The notes under the pieces are model-generated. The model saw only the letters and a list, made by a program, of their open reading frames with translations. It searched no databases and was not told where the DNA came from. Of a stretch of DNA of 64,000 nt, positions 41,643 through 55,289 are shown in pieces. Every line of letters starts with the position of its first letter. Positions within the stretch are counted from its first letter, which is position 1. Origin of the DNA: Octopus sinensis (taxonomy: Eukaryota); contig NC_043013.1 in assembly GCF_006345805.1 (NCBI RefSeq), positions 19,716,001-19,780,000 of the forward strand, given 5' to 3'. The position numbers and the translations under genes were made by a program.

Positions 41643-42369
41643 ATAAAACATACTGCTTACACAACTCAAGCCCATCCTCATCCGTGATCACACTGAGATT
41701 GCAAATATTTTGATACCTTTCTTCTGAATCCTCCCCTTCACAGTACTGCATAGAATTGATGTTCCGGTAAAAGGCCTGGATCTATACAATGATAGAGGAC
41801 AAAAAATTGAATGATATTGTATCGATATTTTAAGAATATAAATTAGAATTTAAGCAACGGGTACAACTGGGATTTGAACATCCCTAGAGGCGGCAGTGAA
41901 GACAATGGTGCACCTTCATACATAGTCTTCCTTTCTCAAAATGGTAAAAATAGTCGATGGAATCTTTAAGTGAATTTTATGAAACGAATAAAATAGTAAC
42001 ATAGGAAATAAATATAAAACGTCAAATAATGAGTGATAGGCTTACATAGAATTTGTGAGTATCGTTTCGATAAAGATACGTACATGCGAGCGTATTTGTG
42101 TTTGTGCGTGTACGTGCGTATGTGTGTGTATGTATATACGCATTATGTATGCACAGACGCACATACACACGCAAAAAGACACATACATACACGCACAGAC
42201 ATAAAACACTACGTGGGCACGCGCGCACACTCGCATACGCACACATACACACACACACATATAAAATATATTATGTACGTACATAATTAAGTATAGGTAT
42301 ATATAGATGTGAGTGTATGTGTGTGTATGGTTTATGTATTTCTTCTGCCTATAGGTATACAACAGGTAT

Positions 42370-42409
42370 CTATCTGTCTGTGTGTCTGCCTGTCTGTATG
42401 TCTGTCTGC

Positions 42410-42473
<64 letters not shown>

Positions 42474-42475
42474 AT

Positions 42476-42506
<31 letters not shown>

Positions 42507-42510
42507 CATA

Positions 42511-42585
<75 letters not shown>

Positions 42586-42718
42586 GTGTCTGCCTGTCTG
42601 TATGTCTCTCTGTCTATATGACTGTCAGTCTAACTGTCTATCTGTCTATCTATCTATCTATCTATCTATCTACCCATCTATCTATCTATCTATCTACCCA
42701 TCTATCTATCTATATATC

Positions 42719-42763
<45 letters not shown>

Positions 42764-42771
42764 GTCTATCA

Positions 42772-42805
<34 letters not shown>

Positions 42806-42835
42806 ATCTATCTGTCTATCTGTCTATCTGTATGT
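42370..42835. repeat. (TCTA/TCTG)n microsatellite
   Basis: Direct reading. Confidence 0.95.
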
Positions 42836-43752
42836 CTATCTCTGCATACGTATGTCAGTATATCCCCTTGTAAGTATATATATGTGTGTGTGCATAAATA
42901 CGCACAAACGCACACACTAATACACACACACACACACACTCACAAGCACGTAATATTTGTGCGTATGTATAAATATGATTATGTATGCGTTCGCGTGTGA
43001 CTTCATAATATTGTGTTGTTGTTTTTTTTAAATTTTGTTTTCTCCTTATTAACATAGTTCCGTGACAATGTCACTGATATTGGTAATTTTCAGTGTAAGA
43101 CTTTGATTAACCAGCGTAGATAACGGGGAAGATGTCACAGAATACGCTAAAGATAAGCGAAATTTAATAAGAAATGAAAACATCTAATTAATTAGCTCCT
43201 TAACTAATTAATTAATTAACAAGTGTAAGATAACTACAATTAGTGCAGCAGTTTAAATCTGGCAATATGTAGCTGTTCGTTTAAATAGAAGATTTGAAAT
43301 TTGAAATAAGGTTCTTGCTAAGTATGCGCGTAAAGTAGAAGCAGGAATATGTGCGCCTGTCTGTGCGTGTGTGTGTATGTGTGTGCGTGCGTGTTTGGTT
43401 TTGAGTGTGCATGTGTATGCGTGAAAGAGAACGATAGAAACAAAGAGAGAGAGAGAGAAAGGGAGTGTAAGAGGGAGAGAGAGAGAGAAAGAGAGAGTAA
43501 GAGGGAGAGAGAGAGAGAATAAAAGAGAGCGAGGGAGGAGTATATTTATCGACACTACTCTCACAGCCTGTCTGCTCTCTCTCTCTGTCTATATGCATAC
43601 GAACAGATATATACCAGTATATGAATACATATAATGTGTATATACATATGTTTGCATATGCATATAATGTGTATATACATATAATGTGTATATACATATG
43701 TTTGCATATGTGTAAGTATGTTTTTGATACAGCCTGTCGAATAGACGGATAT

Positions 43753-44374
43753 TCATACATACATTCACACATACATACATACATACATGCATGCATACAT
43801 ACATACATACATACATACACACACATACATACGTTCACACATACATACACACATACATACACATACATACATTCACACATACATACATACATACACACAT
43901 ATACATACATTTACACATACATACATTCACACATACATACATACATACATACATACATCCATACATACATACATCCATGCATACATTCACACATGCATAC
44001 ATACATACATACATACATACATACATACATACATGCATACAAGCATGCATACATACATACATACATACATACACACATACATACATACATACATACATAC
44101 ATACATGCATGCATGCATGCATGCATACATACATACATACATACACACATACATACATACATACATACATGCATACATGCATGCATGCATACATACATAC
44201 ATACATACATACATACATACATACATGCATGCATGCATGCATACATACATACATACATACATACATACACACATACATACATACATACATACATACATGC
44301 ATGCATGCATGCATGCATACATACATACATACATACATACATACATACATACATACATACATACATACATACAT
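43753..44374. repeat. (CATA/CATG)n microsatellite
   Basis: Direct reading. Confidence 0.95.
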
Positions 44375-44385
44375 ACGTACATTCA

Positions 44386-45300
44386 AGGTGCATTGCAGAA
44401 CTTCTGAGACACTCTCAGGAGATATTTATTAATTTGAAAGAAGTATGAAATTCCCATCTCCTTCAAAGTCTGATCCTCTCCTTTTAACGGACTTGTAGCG
44501 CTGCAGCCACTTCATGACGACTCTACGGAAGCCCTCCAAGGACCGTTACCACAGTCTCCTTCATCTTCTGAATGTCTTTAAAATGTTTACGCCTGAGGCC
44601 CTCCTTTTGCTTGAAGAACAACCAAAAGTCACAAGGAACAAGGTCTGGACCTTAGGGAGAGTGAGGATTAGTTTTGGTGCCTATCCCAGTGAAGTAGTTT
44701 GGTTAGCAAGATTTCGACTGGTGCATTGTCCTGGTGCAAATGTCACCGACCCGAGCTCTGGCCATTTGCGACGAAATATGTTCCTGGTCACTCTCAAAAC
44801 CTCCACAAAGTACTCTTCACTGTTTGGTAACAGGGAACCCAATGGAGGTAGATGTTACCCTGGTGGTCGAAAATGGGGATCGCCATGAGTTTTCCGTTGG
44901 ATTTGCTTTACTTGTCTGCTGGGAACACTCTATTGTATCGTGACATGTACACTCACGAATAGAGGTTTACCCTCATGCACTCACGACCTGGAGTCTGAAC
45001 TCAAAGGCGTAGGATAACCATATTTTGGCGAAGTCTTCCAAGGGGAACACATGTCACACAAATGTTATGCATGATATGGTTCCAGTTAACGTAAGGAGCA
45101 TGAAAATAGGAACAGGAATTCCAGGTTCGCTTGGGCTTGTAAGCATTACATCTACCACAACTTAAAGGTTACATCTCTTCAAATCATGGACAAGTGCTTC
45201 GAAAACGGCATCTCTTAAATCTCGATTTACAATAATCATTGTAGTACTGGGTCATGTTCTATTTATCTGAGTGACGATCTGGAAAAACTATGAACGCTTT
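44386..45300 (-). mobile_element. Mariner (Tc1/mariner) transposase remnant
   Basis: Minus-strand fragments GKLMAIPIFDHQGNIYLHWVP, EYFVEVLR..FRRKWPEL, HLHQDNAPV, PHSP*GPDLVPCDFWLF, KWLQRYK..GSDFEGD. Ends are approximate and the TIRs are degraded. Confidence 0.85.
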
Positions 45301-45516
45301 CGAGCAAAGAAAGTGATAGGAGAATACATACTTTACAGGTACAGACTATAAGTAAAACTGTAAAAATTCAACATACGAGTGTTTCTTCCTTCTAGAAAGC
45401 ATTCTAATAGGAAAAGTATAAACGTAAATATATATAATTCATACTTGCATATATACATAAGTACACACGCAGTCAGGCTGACGTACGTACGTTCGTACAT
45501 ACATACATAACATACA

Positions 45517-45548
<32 letters not shown>

Positions 45549-45945
45549 ATTACACTGAGGGCGAGAGAGAGAGAGAAAGAGAGAGAGAGATGGTTAGATA
45601 GATTTATAGATAAGTATATAGAGTCTCATTCGAGTGCTAAAGGAATATTATGAATGTAGCGACGGCAACAAGACAGGAAGACAAGATTTAATTGCTGCCA
45701 GATTTTGACGTTGAAAAGAAAAGACGTTTCAGATGGTTATCCTTCATCAGAAGGAAAATAGAGAAGACGAGTAAAGGAGGAGACTAAGAAAAATTTGTTA
45801 GAGATGACGGAAAACGTCTAAGGGTGTCAACGGCCAGGTGGAAACACGGTTCTGAGCGGGAATCAAGAAGGGAGGGAAGGAGTGTGTGAATAAGAGTGTT
45901 TTCATCTATTGATATGCATAAGAATTGAGGTATATATATGTTCAT

Positions 45946-45979
<34 letters not shown>

Positions 45980-45984
45980 GTATA

Positions 45985-46185
45985 TAAGCGTAGGAATAGT
46001 TGTGTGGTAAGTAGCTTGCTTACGAACCACATGGTTCCGGGTTCAGTCCCACAGCGTAGTACATTGGGCAAGTGTCTTCTACTATAGCCTCGGGCAGAAC
46101 CAAAGCCTTATGAGTAGATTTGGTGGACGGAAACTAAAAGAAGCCCGTTGTATATATGTATATATATATATGTATAAATATATAT

Positions 46186-46233
<48 letters not shown>

Positions 46234-46930
46234 ATGTTACATTACTCGGTAGTCAAGATAAAACTCTGAGTTTCAGATGCCGAAGTGGAAATCCACAACA
46301 CCATCTCTTCGGTTATCTGGCTATTTGAAAACGTTATGAAAAAATACCGTTAAAAATGAAGGGAAATTACTCTGTTATAACTCTGCTTTGCCTGCGTACT
46401 TATACATCGCTCGCATTTTTCGTCATAAAAATTATATAAAAATACATAAAAATATATAAAAATATATAAAAATATATAAAATCTTCTTGGGACATAACAC
46501 AGAAAGCATGTTCTATCCGTTTTCTTTAGGGGACCAAAAACGTAACAGAAATTTAGTCACATGTGGGCATGATCCGAAAAGCTCTGTCCTTGTATTTAGA
46601 CATGTGGTAGGGTCTAAGCTGCTTTTCCAGATAAGCCATATTTACATAATATTGAGGTCTCTTTCTTTCTTTTGTTATCTTACCGTTTTATCAATGTATA
46701 TATATATATATGTTTGTGTGTCTGTGTTTGTTTCCCCAACATCGCTTGACAAGGGATGCTGGTGTGTTTACGTCCACGTAACGTAGCAGTTCGACAAAAG
46801 ACATCGATAGAATAAGTACTAGGCTTACAAAGAATAAATCCTAGGGTCGATTTGCTCGACTAAAGGCGGTGCTCCACCATGGCAACCGTCAAATGACTGA
46901 AACAAACAAAAGAGTAAAAGAGTAAAGAGT
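45985..46930 (+). mobile_element. SINE family B split by an insertion of about 460 bp
   Basis: Head at 45985-46150, tail at 46710-46930, insert at 46230-46690 inside the TA tract. Confidence 0.8.
46256..46318 (-). ncRNA. Type I hammerhead-like motif, variant core
   Basis: AGATAA-CCGAAGA-GATG...CATC-T-GAA-ACTC(A)GAGT-T-TTATCT. Confidence 0.45.
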
Positions 46931-46953
46931 ATATATATATATATATACATATA

Positions 46954-47228
46954 CATAGTGACGTATATTTGCCATCTAAATATGGCTAACCCCTAAGGGT
47001 GGATGCTACTGTAGTTTGTAGGCCCAGGAAGACACCTCCTCCATCTGGATATACCCAGAAACTTGAGTCTGTGTGTATCATATGTTGAAGACGGGAAGGA
47101 TGGCTTCCCTTTGCAAATACTGATAGGGCACAGAAAGTGTGTCTATAGCCAGATGGAGGAGGTGTCTACTTTGGGCTACAAACTACAGTAGCATCCACCC
47201 TCTGGGGTTAGCCATATACGTCACGATA
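46954..47228. mobile_element. MITE with about 100-bp terminal inverted repeats
   Basis: GTGACGTATA..TGGCTAACCCC..GGGTGGATGCTACTGTAGTTTGTAG..GACACCTCCTCCATCTGG is mirrored at 47140-47226. TSD unclear; inserted beside (TA)n. Confidence 0.8.
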
Positions 47229-47968
47229 TGTTGTAGCTACTGTTTATAACTCGCTCTGAGATTTATTATTGCATATATATATATATATATGAATATATGT
47301 TAGTATGTGGGTGTGTATATTTGTGTTTTTATTTAATTATGTATTTATTTATATCTGTCTACCTTTCTCTATGCATCCACCTAAATGAACATTGCACTCT
47401 AACAATATCGCTATATCATAGCAGTATTTATCGTATTACAGATTTGTTTCACGTTTGTTTATCTCCTTAATTATTCATTCTCACATTTTTTTATAATTGA
47501 CAGACAAAATATTCCAGTTCTACATATTACTGGCAAATTCTAACAATTACCGAAGATATTTTAATACATTTGACAATTTCTCACACTTTAATTCGTTAAT
47601 TGCATCTCTTTATATTCTGTTACGTATCTCTTCCACCATTAGCTTTCTCTCTGTCGTTCTCTCTTTCTCTGCCTTTATCTGTTTACCTGTCCGCCCCCGC
47701 CCCCCACTAACCACATTCTCTCTCTCTTTGTCTCTCTACCTCGCCACCTTAATTCAGCAGTTTGGGAATTATTTTTACAAGTTTTTAGAAATTTGATAAA
47801 ATGACAAAGACAATTGAGTCAAGCATTCATTTGATTGATAAGCACAGTCTTAAAGATTGAATCCTGTACAAACAAACCTAATTATCTATCAGGAAGAATA
47901 ATATATACCTACATATACATATGTGTGTATACATACATACATACATACATATATACATACATACATAT

Positions 47969-48003
<35 letters not shown>

Positions 48004-48549
48004 CACACTCACAAGCACACCCACCCACAAGTATACACGCACATATCTATTTATGTGTAATACAGTCTGTTCGAGAACATTTATTGTGTTTCTGATAAGT
48101 TTCATGATTAAATATTTTAATTACTTAATTAAGCAATAACCAGCGAAATTAGAAAAATCGGCAATTTGTAATATTGAAAATAATATCTGTAGAATAGAAT
48201 ATATAGAAAATTTATAATAGATAATCTAAATTTTTTTTTTAAGAATAAGAACAAGGAAAAGATGACTGAAAAATAAAATTCTTGCAAAGAAATAAGATAT
48301 TATTTTAAAATGCAGAAATATAAGTTAATGATTGTGTCAATGTAAAGCAGTATAACGAGGATATATGATCAGGTGCGTTGATAGGGAAAGGGGTCAGTAA
48401 TATCAATTAATAAGTGTGTGTGTGTGAATGGAGATTTATCAATGTTTGAAATGGAATGATATAACCAAATTTTTGCATGTTACAGTATGCATGCATATTC
48501 CATCTATCCTATACTTGAACAAATGAAATGCTACAGTGAGGAAAATGAG

Positions 48550-48589
<40 letters not shown>

Positions 48590-48591
<2 letters not shown>

Positions 48592-49011
48592 CACAGGAGT
48601 GGCTGTGTGGTAAGTAGCTTGCTTACCAACAACATGGTTCCGGGTTCAGTCCCACTGCGTGGCATCTTGGGCAAGTGTCTTCTGCTATAGCCCCGGGCCG
48701 ACCAATGCCTTGTGAGTAGATTTGGTAGACGGAAACTGAAAGAATCCTGTCGTATATATGTATATATATATATATATGTGTGTGTATGTATATATGTTTG
48801 TGTGTCTGTGTTTGTCCCCCTAGCATTGCTTGACAACCGATGCTGGTGTGTTTATGTCCCCGTCGACTAGCGGTTCGGCAAAAGAGACCTATAGAATAAG
48901 TACTGGGCTTACAAAGAATAAGTCCTGGGGTCGATTTGCTCGACTAAAGGCGGTGCTCCAGCATGGCCGCAGTCAAAATGACTGAAACAAGTAAAAGAGT
49001 AAAGAGTAAGA
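48590..49011 (+). mobile_element. SINE family B, full length (best copy)
   Basis: A-box TGGCTGTGTGGTAAG, B-box GGGTTCAGTCCC, internal (TA)n(TG)n, tail ending AAAGAGTAAAGAG. Confidence 0.9.
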
Positions 49012-49034
49012 GTATATATATATATATATATATA

Positions 49035-49395
49035 CAGTGTACATTTAAACACATCAGAGATGGCCATAACAGGACAGCCGACCCGGTAGAAGGAGTAGTT
49101 AAACTTCAAATCACAATTAGGGGTAATTTCGAAAGGGAATGAAAAGTAAAAATACCCTCTATTTCCTGGACCATGGTTTCAAGCTACATTCAGCAAATAA
49201 AATAAAATAAAATAAAATAATTATTTTATTTGCTGAAGATAGCTTGAAACCATGGTACAGGAAATAGAAGGTAAATGTTTTTATTTTTCATTCCCTTTCG
49301 AAATTACCCCTAATAGTGATTTGGAGTTTAACTACTCCTTCTAGCGGGTCAGATGTCCTGTTATGGCCATCTCTTATGTGTTTAAATGCACACTG
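49035..49395. mobile_element. Foldback MITE, Tc1/mariner type (TA target duplication)
   Basis: About 170-bp near-perfect inverted arms starting CAGTG and ending CACTG, with TA on both sides and an (AAAAT)n centre. Confidence 0.85.
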
Positions 49396-51317
49396 TATTT
49401 TTATATGAATAATATATAGTCTATTGACTAGTTTTTTTTTCTTCTCGCTAGACCCCTGGTAGCAAAAAAATTATCTAATTTTTTGCTACCCTGAAATTTA
49501 TTAATATATATATATATATATATATAGCTAGTTCGCAAGATAGATAGATTGATAGATAGACAGAGAAAGAAAGAGAGAGAGTGAGAGAGAAAGAGAAAGG
49601 ATTTAATCTTCATCCTATTTCTACAAAAGCTACATATAGTTTAGACTCCCACCGCTAGAAGCCAATTGATGCGAACCTCAGGCATCACTCTGCCTACCGG
49701 CGTATTCGGGTGGGGTCCTACTGCCACGTGGTGTGTCTTTGTTTTGCAGTGCTTCACCCCTCTTCGTCGATCAATGGTGACAAAAGCTGGTGCGATAGAA
49801 TAAGTACTAGGCTTATTATAAGTACAAATAATAAGTCCTGGGGTAGATTTGCTCGACTAAAGGCTGCGTTCCAGCATGGCCGCAGTCAAATGACTGAAAG
49901 AATTAAAAAAAGAAAACAAAGTGACACCAATAGATTACTGGTATCATTTTACCATTTAAGTAATATCAAATGCAAAGTTGCCATCGATAGGATTTAAACT
50001 GAAAAATTAAAGAAACCTTATTAAATACCCTAAGTTATTTTGTGCTCAGCTTCATTGATTCCCAACACCGCCCTCCGACAATTGTAATATGGGCACTAAT
50101 GCCCTCTAGGTAAGTGTGGCTGTGGAGAAATACGAACTCGGCGCAGCTCTGAGGCTTAAAGCTAAATTGCTCAAATCAAGCCCAAAGCATTTTATATCAT
50201 TTCTCTTCCACTGTTGATAGTCAGTGGGTGATTGATGAGGTTTTCTCCCCAGTTAACACGTTTATGATGATAGCATCCTACATAAAGAAGAAACAGTATA
50301 ACATAATATTCTCAGTGACATCACTTGAGAATTTGTGTGTTGATGGATCTCACTTGTGATACTGTATAACCCAAAATTACTTCATTCAGGTAAGCCACAT
50401 GCAATGTAGCAATTTCACATTAGAGTCACATATCATCGTGTTATCTGAAGCAACAGAAAAAAAGAAAAACAAAACGGAAAGCAAATTCCACAGATAGTGT
50501 ATCGGCTTGTCGCTAACAAATATTTTTTGGCAAGAAAATAAGAACGATGTGGCTCTTTCTCGACGTATACTATTAGCAATTAATTTCAAATACTTAATTA
50601 AAAAAAGTCCCTAGTAATTTTAAATTAGCATTTCTTTGTCGCTCGTATCAAGTCATTATACAGCCAACATTTTGCGAAAAGGAAATAAAACGTATTGTAA
50701 TCTATTGATTTTTAATTGCTAATTATCTCAATCGGCACATAACGTCATCTAATAGAGTTTCCCGAGACTGAGAGGAGTTCTGAAATTTCTCTGATTAACT
50801 TTTATTCGTTTCTTGTTTAATCTTTTTTTATTCCTATTTTTTAGAATAATTTTCTAAAAAAATAAAGCAGATTTGCACCAGGAAAGGAGTTTATGGTCCG
50901 TCCTTAGGAATTAAGTAAATCGACTATAATTATCTAATTACCAAAAATCCTAATGAAAATAATAATGACACAAAGTAATTTGAATTTTTAATAAAATCTA
51001 ATTAATTTTCTTTTAACTCGGTTACAATATGGTTTATATTAAAACACTAATAACATGCTAATTATAGTATTTAACAATTCCATTATGAAAAGAAGCTACG
51101 CAGAACATTGCTGAAAGTTTTTCTACAAATATTTTTAATTCGTTTATAATTAGTATAATAAAGATGGGGCTTTAATCGAAAATTGTGAATCAATTGTTAA
51201 TACTGCACTTGGCAAACCTGGTCAGAAGTTAATAATTATTTCTAGGCAGAAAAAACAAAAATTAAATACAGTCACAGCTTTTGCAAGTGTCATTAAAGTT
51301 TGTTGCTGTAGTTCTTG

Positions 51318-51534
51318 GTGATGTCGACGACGACGACAAGGGTGACAAAGATGGTGACAAGGACAAGGACAAGGACAACGCTGACGATGGTGATGGTGAT
51401 GGTGATGGTGATGATGATGACGACGACGATGACGATGGTGATGACGGTGAATGTGAAGATGATGATGATGATGACGACAATGATGACGACGACGATGATG
51501 ATGATGATGAGGAGGAGGAGGAGGATGATGATGG

Positions 51535-51607
<73 letters not shown>

Positions 51608-51609
51608 AG

Positions 51610-51640
<31 letters not shown>

Positions 51641-51696
51641 GATAATGATGATGACGACGATGGTGATCATGATGATGATGATGAAGAACGTGATGA

Positions 51697-51730
<34 letters not shown>

Positions 51731-51863
51731 GATGATGATGAGGATGATGATGATGGTGGTGGTGATGATGATGATGATGATGATGATGATGGTGGTGATG
51801 GTGATGATGATGATGATGATGGTGGTGATGATGATGATGATGATGATCGTGGTGATGATGATG

Positions 51864-51913
<50 letters not shown>

Positions 51914-51945
51914 GGTGATGGGGATGGTGATGATGATGATGATGA
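51318..51945. repeat. (GAT/GGT/GAC)n microsatellite
   Basis: Direct reading. Confidence 0.95.
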
Positions 51946-52387
51946 TACGCACCAGCTGTGAATTGCCAAGATGGCTGAAATATTAACGATACTGTCGCGT
52001 CTGTCATCTGAACATAAACCTCCATTTCAGGTCTAGAAAAGAGTGACCGGATGTTGACCACCCCTGTTTTTGTCCATACAAAACTTCTTTGCGTATGTGT
52101 GTGTGTGCGTATATGTGAGATAGATAGGCCGTGTAAGTACGTATGTATGCATGTAGATATGTATATGCTAAAGGTTTGCTTTGATGCGGTTCTCTTAAAG
52201 CTGGGAGAAAAAAATTAATTGTTTGATTCACGAGTATTTTATTTAAAATTTCTCGAAAACTACCCCAAAATTTTAATACAAATAAATTATATATTTTATG
52301 AAAAATATTGAGTACTCTTTTCTCTCCTATGTATGTATGTTTGTATGTATGTATGTTATGTGTGTGTATGTATGCATGCGTCTGTAC

Positions 52388-52420
<33 letters not shown>

Positions 52421-52425
52421 CGTGT

Positions 52426-52472
<47 letters not shown>

Positions 52473-53413
52473 CGTATATATATATATATATATATAATAT
52501 ATATATATATATTATGAGCACACTTTCATTCATGAGCATGTACTTGGATAGGCGTGAATTAAAAGTTCAGGATTGCTGAGAAATTTCGTCAATTAACAAT
52601 TAATTCCCAACAAAATGAACGAAAACACGGTTTCTTTTTTCTTGTTTGAAGCAAAAGTTTCACCTTATGATTAAAATTTCATCTGGAAATAAAATTATCA
52701 ATCAACTGTTTAACCTTGAGTAAAATTAATTTCATTTTGCCTGCTTTCTGCTTTTCTCTATCTTAACAAAATAGCTACGTTGACATTGTAACGTGAAATT
52801 AATTCCTAATTCTTCATTTAATTCTATTGCTTCAAATGAACGAAATAGTTTAATTATTTTAATGGCGATTTCTCTGACTTGATTAAACTCCGTATTAAGT
52901 CGATTCTCACAGACAAATATTGGTTCGAAATCTTTGAGTTTTATTGGAATAAGAACTACAAGAAGAAGTAAAAATAAACTGATATTTGTTCTTTAAACTT
53001 CACTCGCAGAAATTAGAAATATAAAGAATATTACATTTCGTTCATTGTTGTACATTTCAGCTTTAATAACGGTATTTAATTGAGAAGGAGGTCTTGTCAG
53101 TGTCTGGAGGTGTTTGAGGAGGTATTCACAGCCGTTATGGCGGCGGTAGAGGCGATCTCATCAGTCTCCTCCACAGCGTAAAATGCTCATGATACTATAT
53201 TTATAGAAGTCTCATATCATATTACATTGGGTCTAATTAAACGTCTTCATTAACAATTATAGGAATGGTGTTGCTGATGAAGATGTAGTTCATTTTAATC
53301 TGGAATGAGATACCTAGGAATACATTAGCAAATGTGTTCTTGCACATTTAAAAATACGGTGTGGTGCCAACGTCTAGGAAGTTCACTCGTACACATACAT
53401 ACAGACATATATA

Positions 53414-53475
<62 letters not shown>

Positions 53476-53679
53476 GGAGGTGTGTGTGCACGTGTGAGTG
53501 TGTATGAGGTTATAGTAGAAGACACCTTGGGCAGGTGTCTTCTACTATAGCCACGACCTGAAATAAAGCCTTGTGAGTGGATTTTGTAGACGGGAACAGG
53601 AAGAAGCCCATCTGATTGTCATGCGGTTCTGGTTGTGGTGGGGGAAAACACGAAAATACACATTAGAATATGCCTGTGC

Positions 53680-53721
<42 letters not shown>

Positions 53722-53745
53722 TTTTCTGTCTGTCTGCCTATCTAT

Positions 53746-53799
<54 letters not shown>

Positions 53800-53801
53800 C
53801 C

Positions 53802-53843
<42 letters not shown>

Positions 53844-53895
53844 CTATCTATCTATCTATCTATATATCTATATATATATATATATATATATCTAT
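53680..53895. repeat. (TCTA)n-(TA)n microsatellite
   Basis: Direct reading. Confidence 0.95.
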
Positions 53896-55289
53896 ACTCG
53901 ACAGGCTTCTTTCGGTTTCCTAATACAAAATCCACTCAGAAAACTTTTGGTCGGGCTGGAACTAGTGGAAGACACTCGTAATCATACGGTTGGGAACCAA
54001 ACGTACCACACAGCCACGCTTATGCATCTGCGTGTGCGTGTGTGTTTTTTTTTGTTTTGTGTGTCTGTGTGTGTGAGTGCGCGTGTGTTTCTATACATAT
54101 ATAAATTAGATTGTCTCATAGATAAATAAATGTGTAACCTAATTTGCGTGTGTTTATATTATACATATATATGTGTGTGTTTGTGTGTGTGTGTGTTTTT
54201 AAATAAATATGTTTTAAAAAATTGACTTAGTTTCAGATTTATGACTCTTCATTGTTTGAATAACATCTTTTTCGTTATTGTATTTTTTTCTTTCTTTTGC
54301 TATTTATTTTTTTTGCAGTCATTCTTTTGTTTTTTATTTACTCTGTTCTATTTATTAAAAATATGTTTTTTGCTAAGCAACATGACTGAATTACTGACAA
54401 TATTGTCACGTCTGTCATGGGAATTGACAGAGTTCAACTTAAATATCACCCAATGGTTGAGTAACTGTTACAAACGTCAAGAATCCACAGAGACAAATAT
54501 GGCAGACAGGTAAGCAGGAAGCGGTATGAATTATTTAATACAATACCTTCATACAACTAATACATTTCTCGTGTTTTTTTTTAATGATATTTCTAAAAAT
54601 TTCCTACAACAGGATATCGTCATATCACATGAATTATTTGAAAAACATCTTTAACTATGATTAACAGAAAACTAACAATATTACTCGTAGGAATGTATCT
54701 CTAACGATGTTCAGTTTTCTCAGCAAGATTAACTGTGAAATATTGGTTGATCTTGTTTGTGTTTTCTGTTTTAATTTAATTATTCAACTGAAAATATAGA
54801 ATATGCTAGAATATGAGTTTGCTTAGGTGTAATATATTGAAGGGAAAGTAAAACAGAGAAGGAAATAGTAGAGGCTTATGTTACAGACCCCCACATGTTC
54901 AGTAACTGGGGTTTATTTACGATGGGGTACTGAAATGTACCTGGCTTTAAGGGTATCGCGAAGGGCCTTGTTGGGATTGGTAAAACTGGAAGACTACTGC
55001 AATAACTGTGTAAACCCGAGAGAGAAAAATGTTGAATAAAATCATAATTAACTGATCCTCTTGCATTTTCTCTTACTCAAAGCCAGTTACTTTTCAACAC
55101 CTCTTCGTAATACTTAATCATTGACATTGTTAATAGCAGATGTAAAATCGATTTAGGGGCTGCCTAAGGATTTCAGTACTTCCTACCAACCTAACGTGCC
55201 TGCTGTCGAACCCCATTAATAGCCCATGAGAAACCTTCCAACACATTTTTTGATGAATCAGAGTATGAATTATGAATCATCGGACATCA

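Noticed and set aside
49226-49262. CTGAAGA-TAGCTT-GAAACCATGGT-A inside the MITE, resembling a hammerhead
   Set aside because: No 10.1-11.1 pair, weak stem I, and the mirrored arm reads CTGAATG, so the core is not conserved.
51978-52030. Apparent paralogous peptides MAEILTILSRLS (51978) and MTELLTILSRLS (54382) with seemingly synonymous differences
   Set aside because: Both align to the SINE family A head (GAAATGCTTAGCGGTATTTCGTCTGTC...GAGTTCAA...AGGTCGAC), so they are old SINE relics.
53273-53350. CTGATGA-AGAT..ATCT-GGAA hammerhead-like motif
   Set aside because: GAAA is broken and no stem I forms in register.
54378-54509. Exon-like segment with an AG acceptor and a GTAAGC donor, open in one frame
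   Set aside because: It overlaps the decayed SINE above and shows no protein similarity; exonisation would need RNA evidence.
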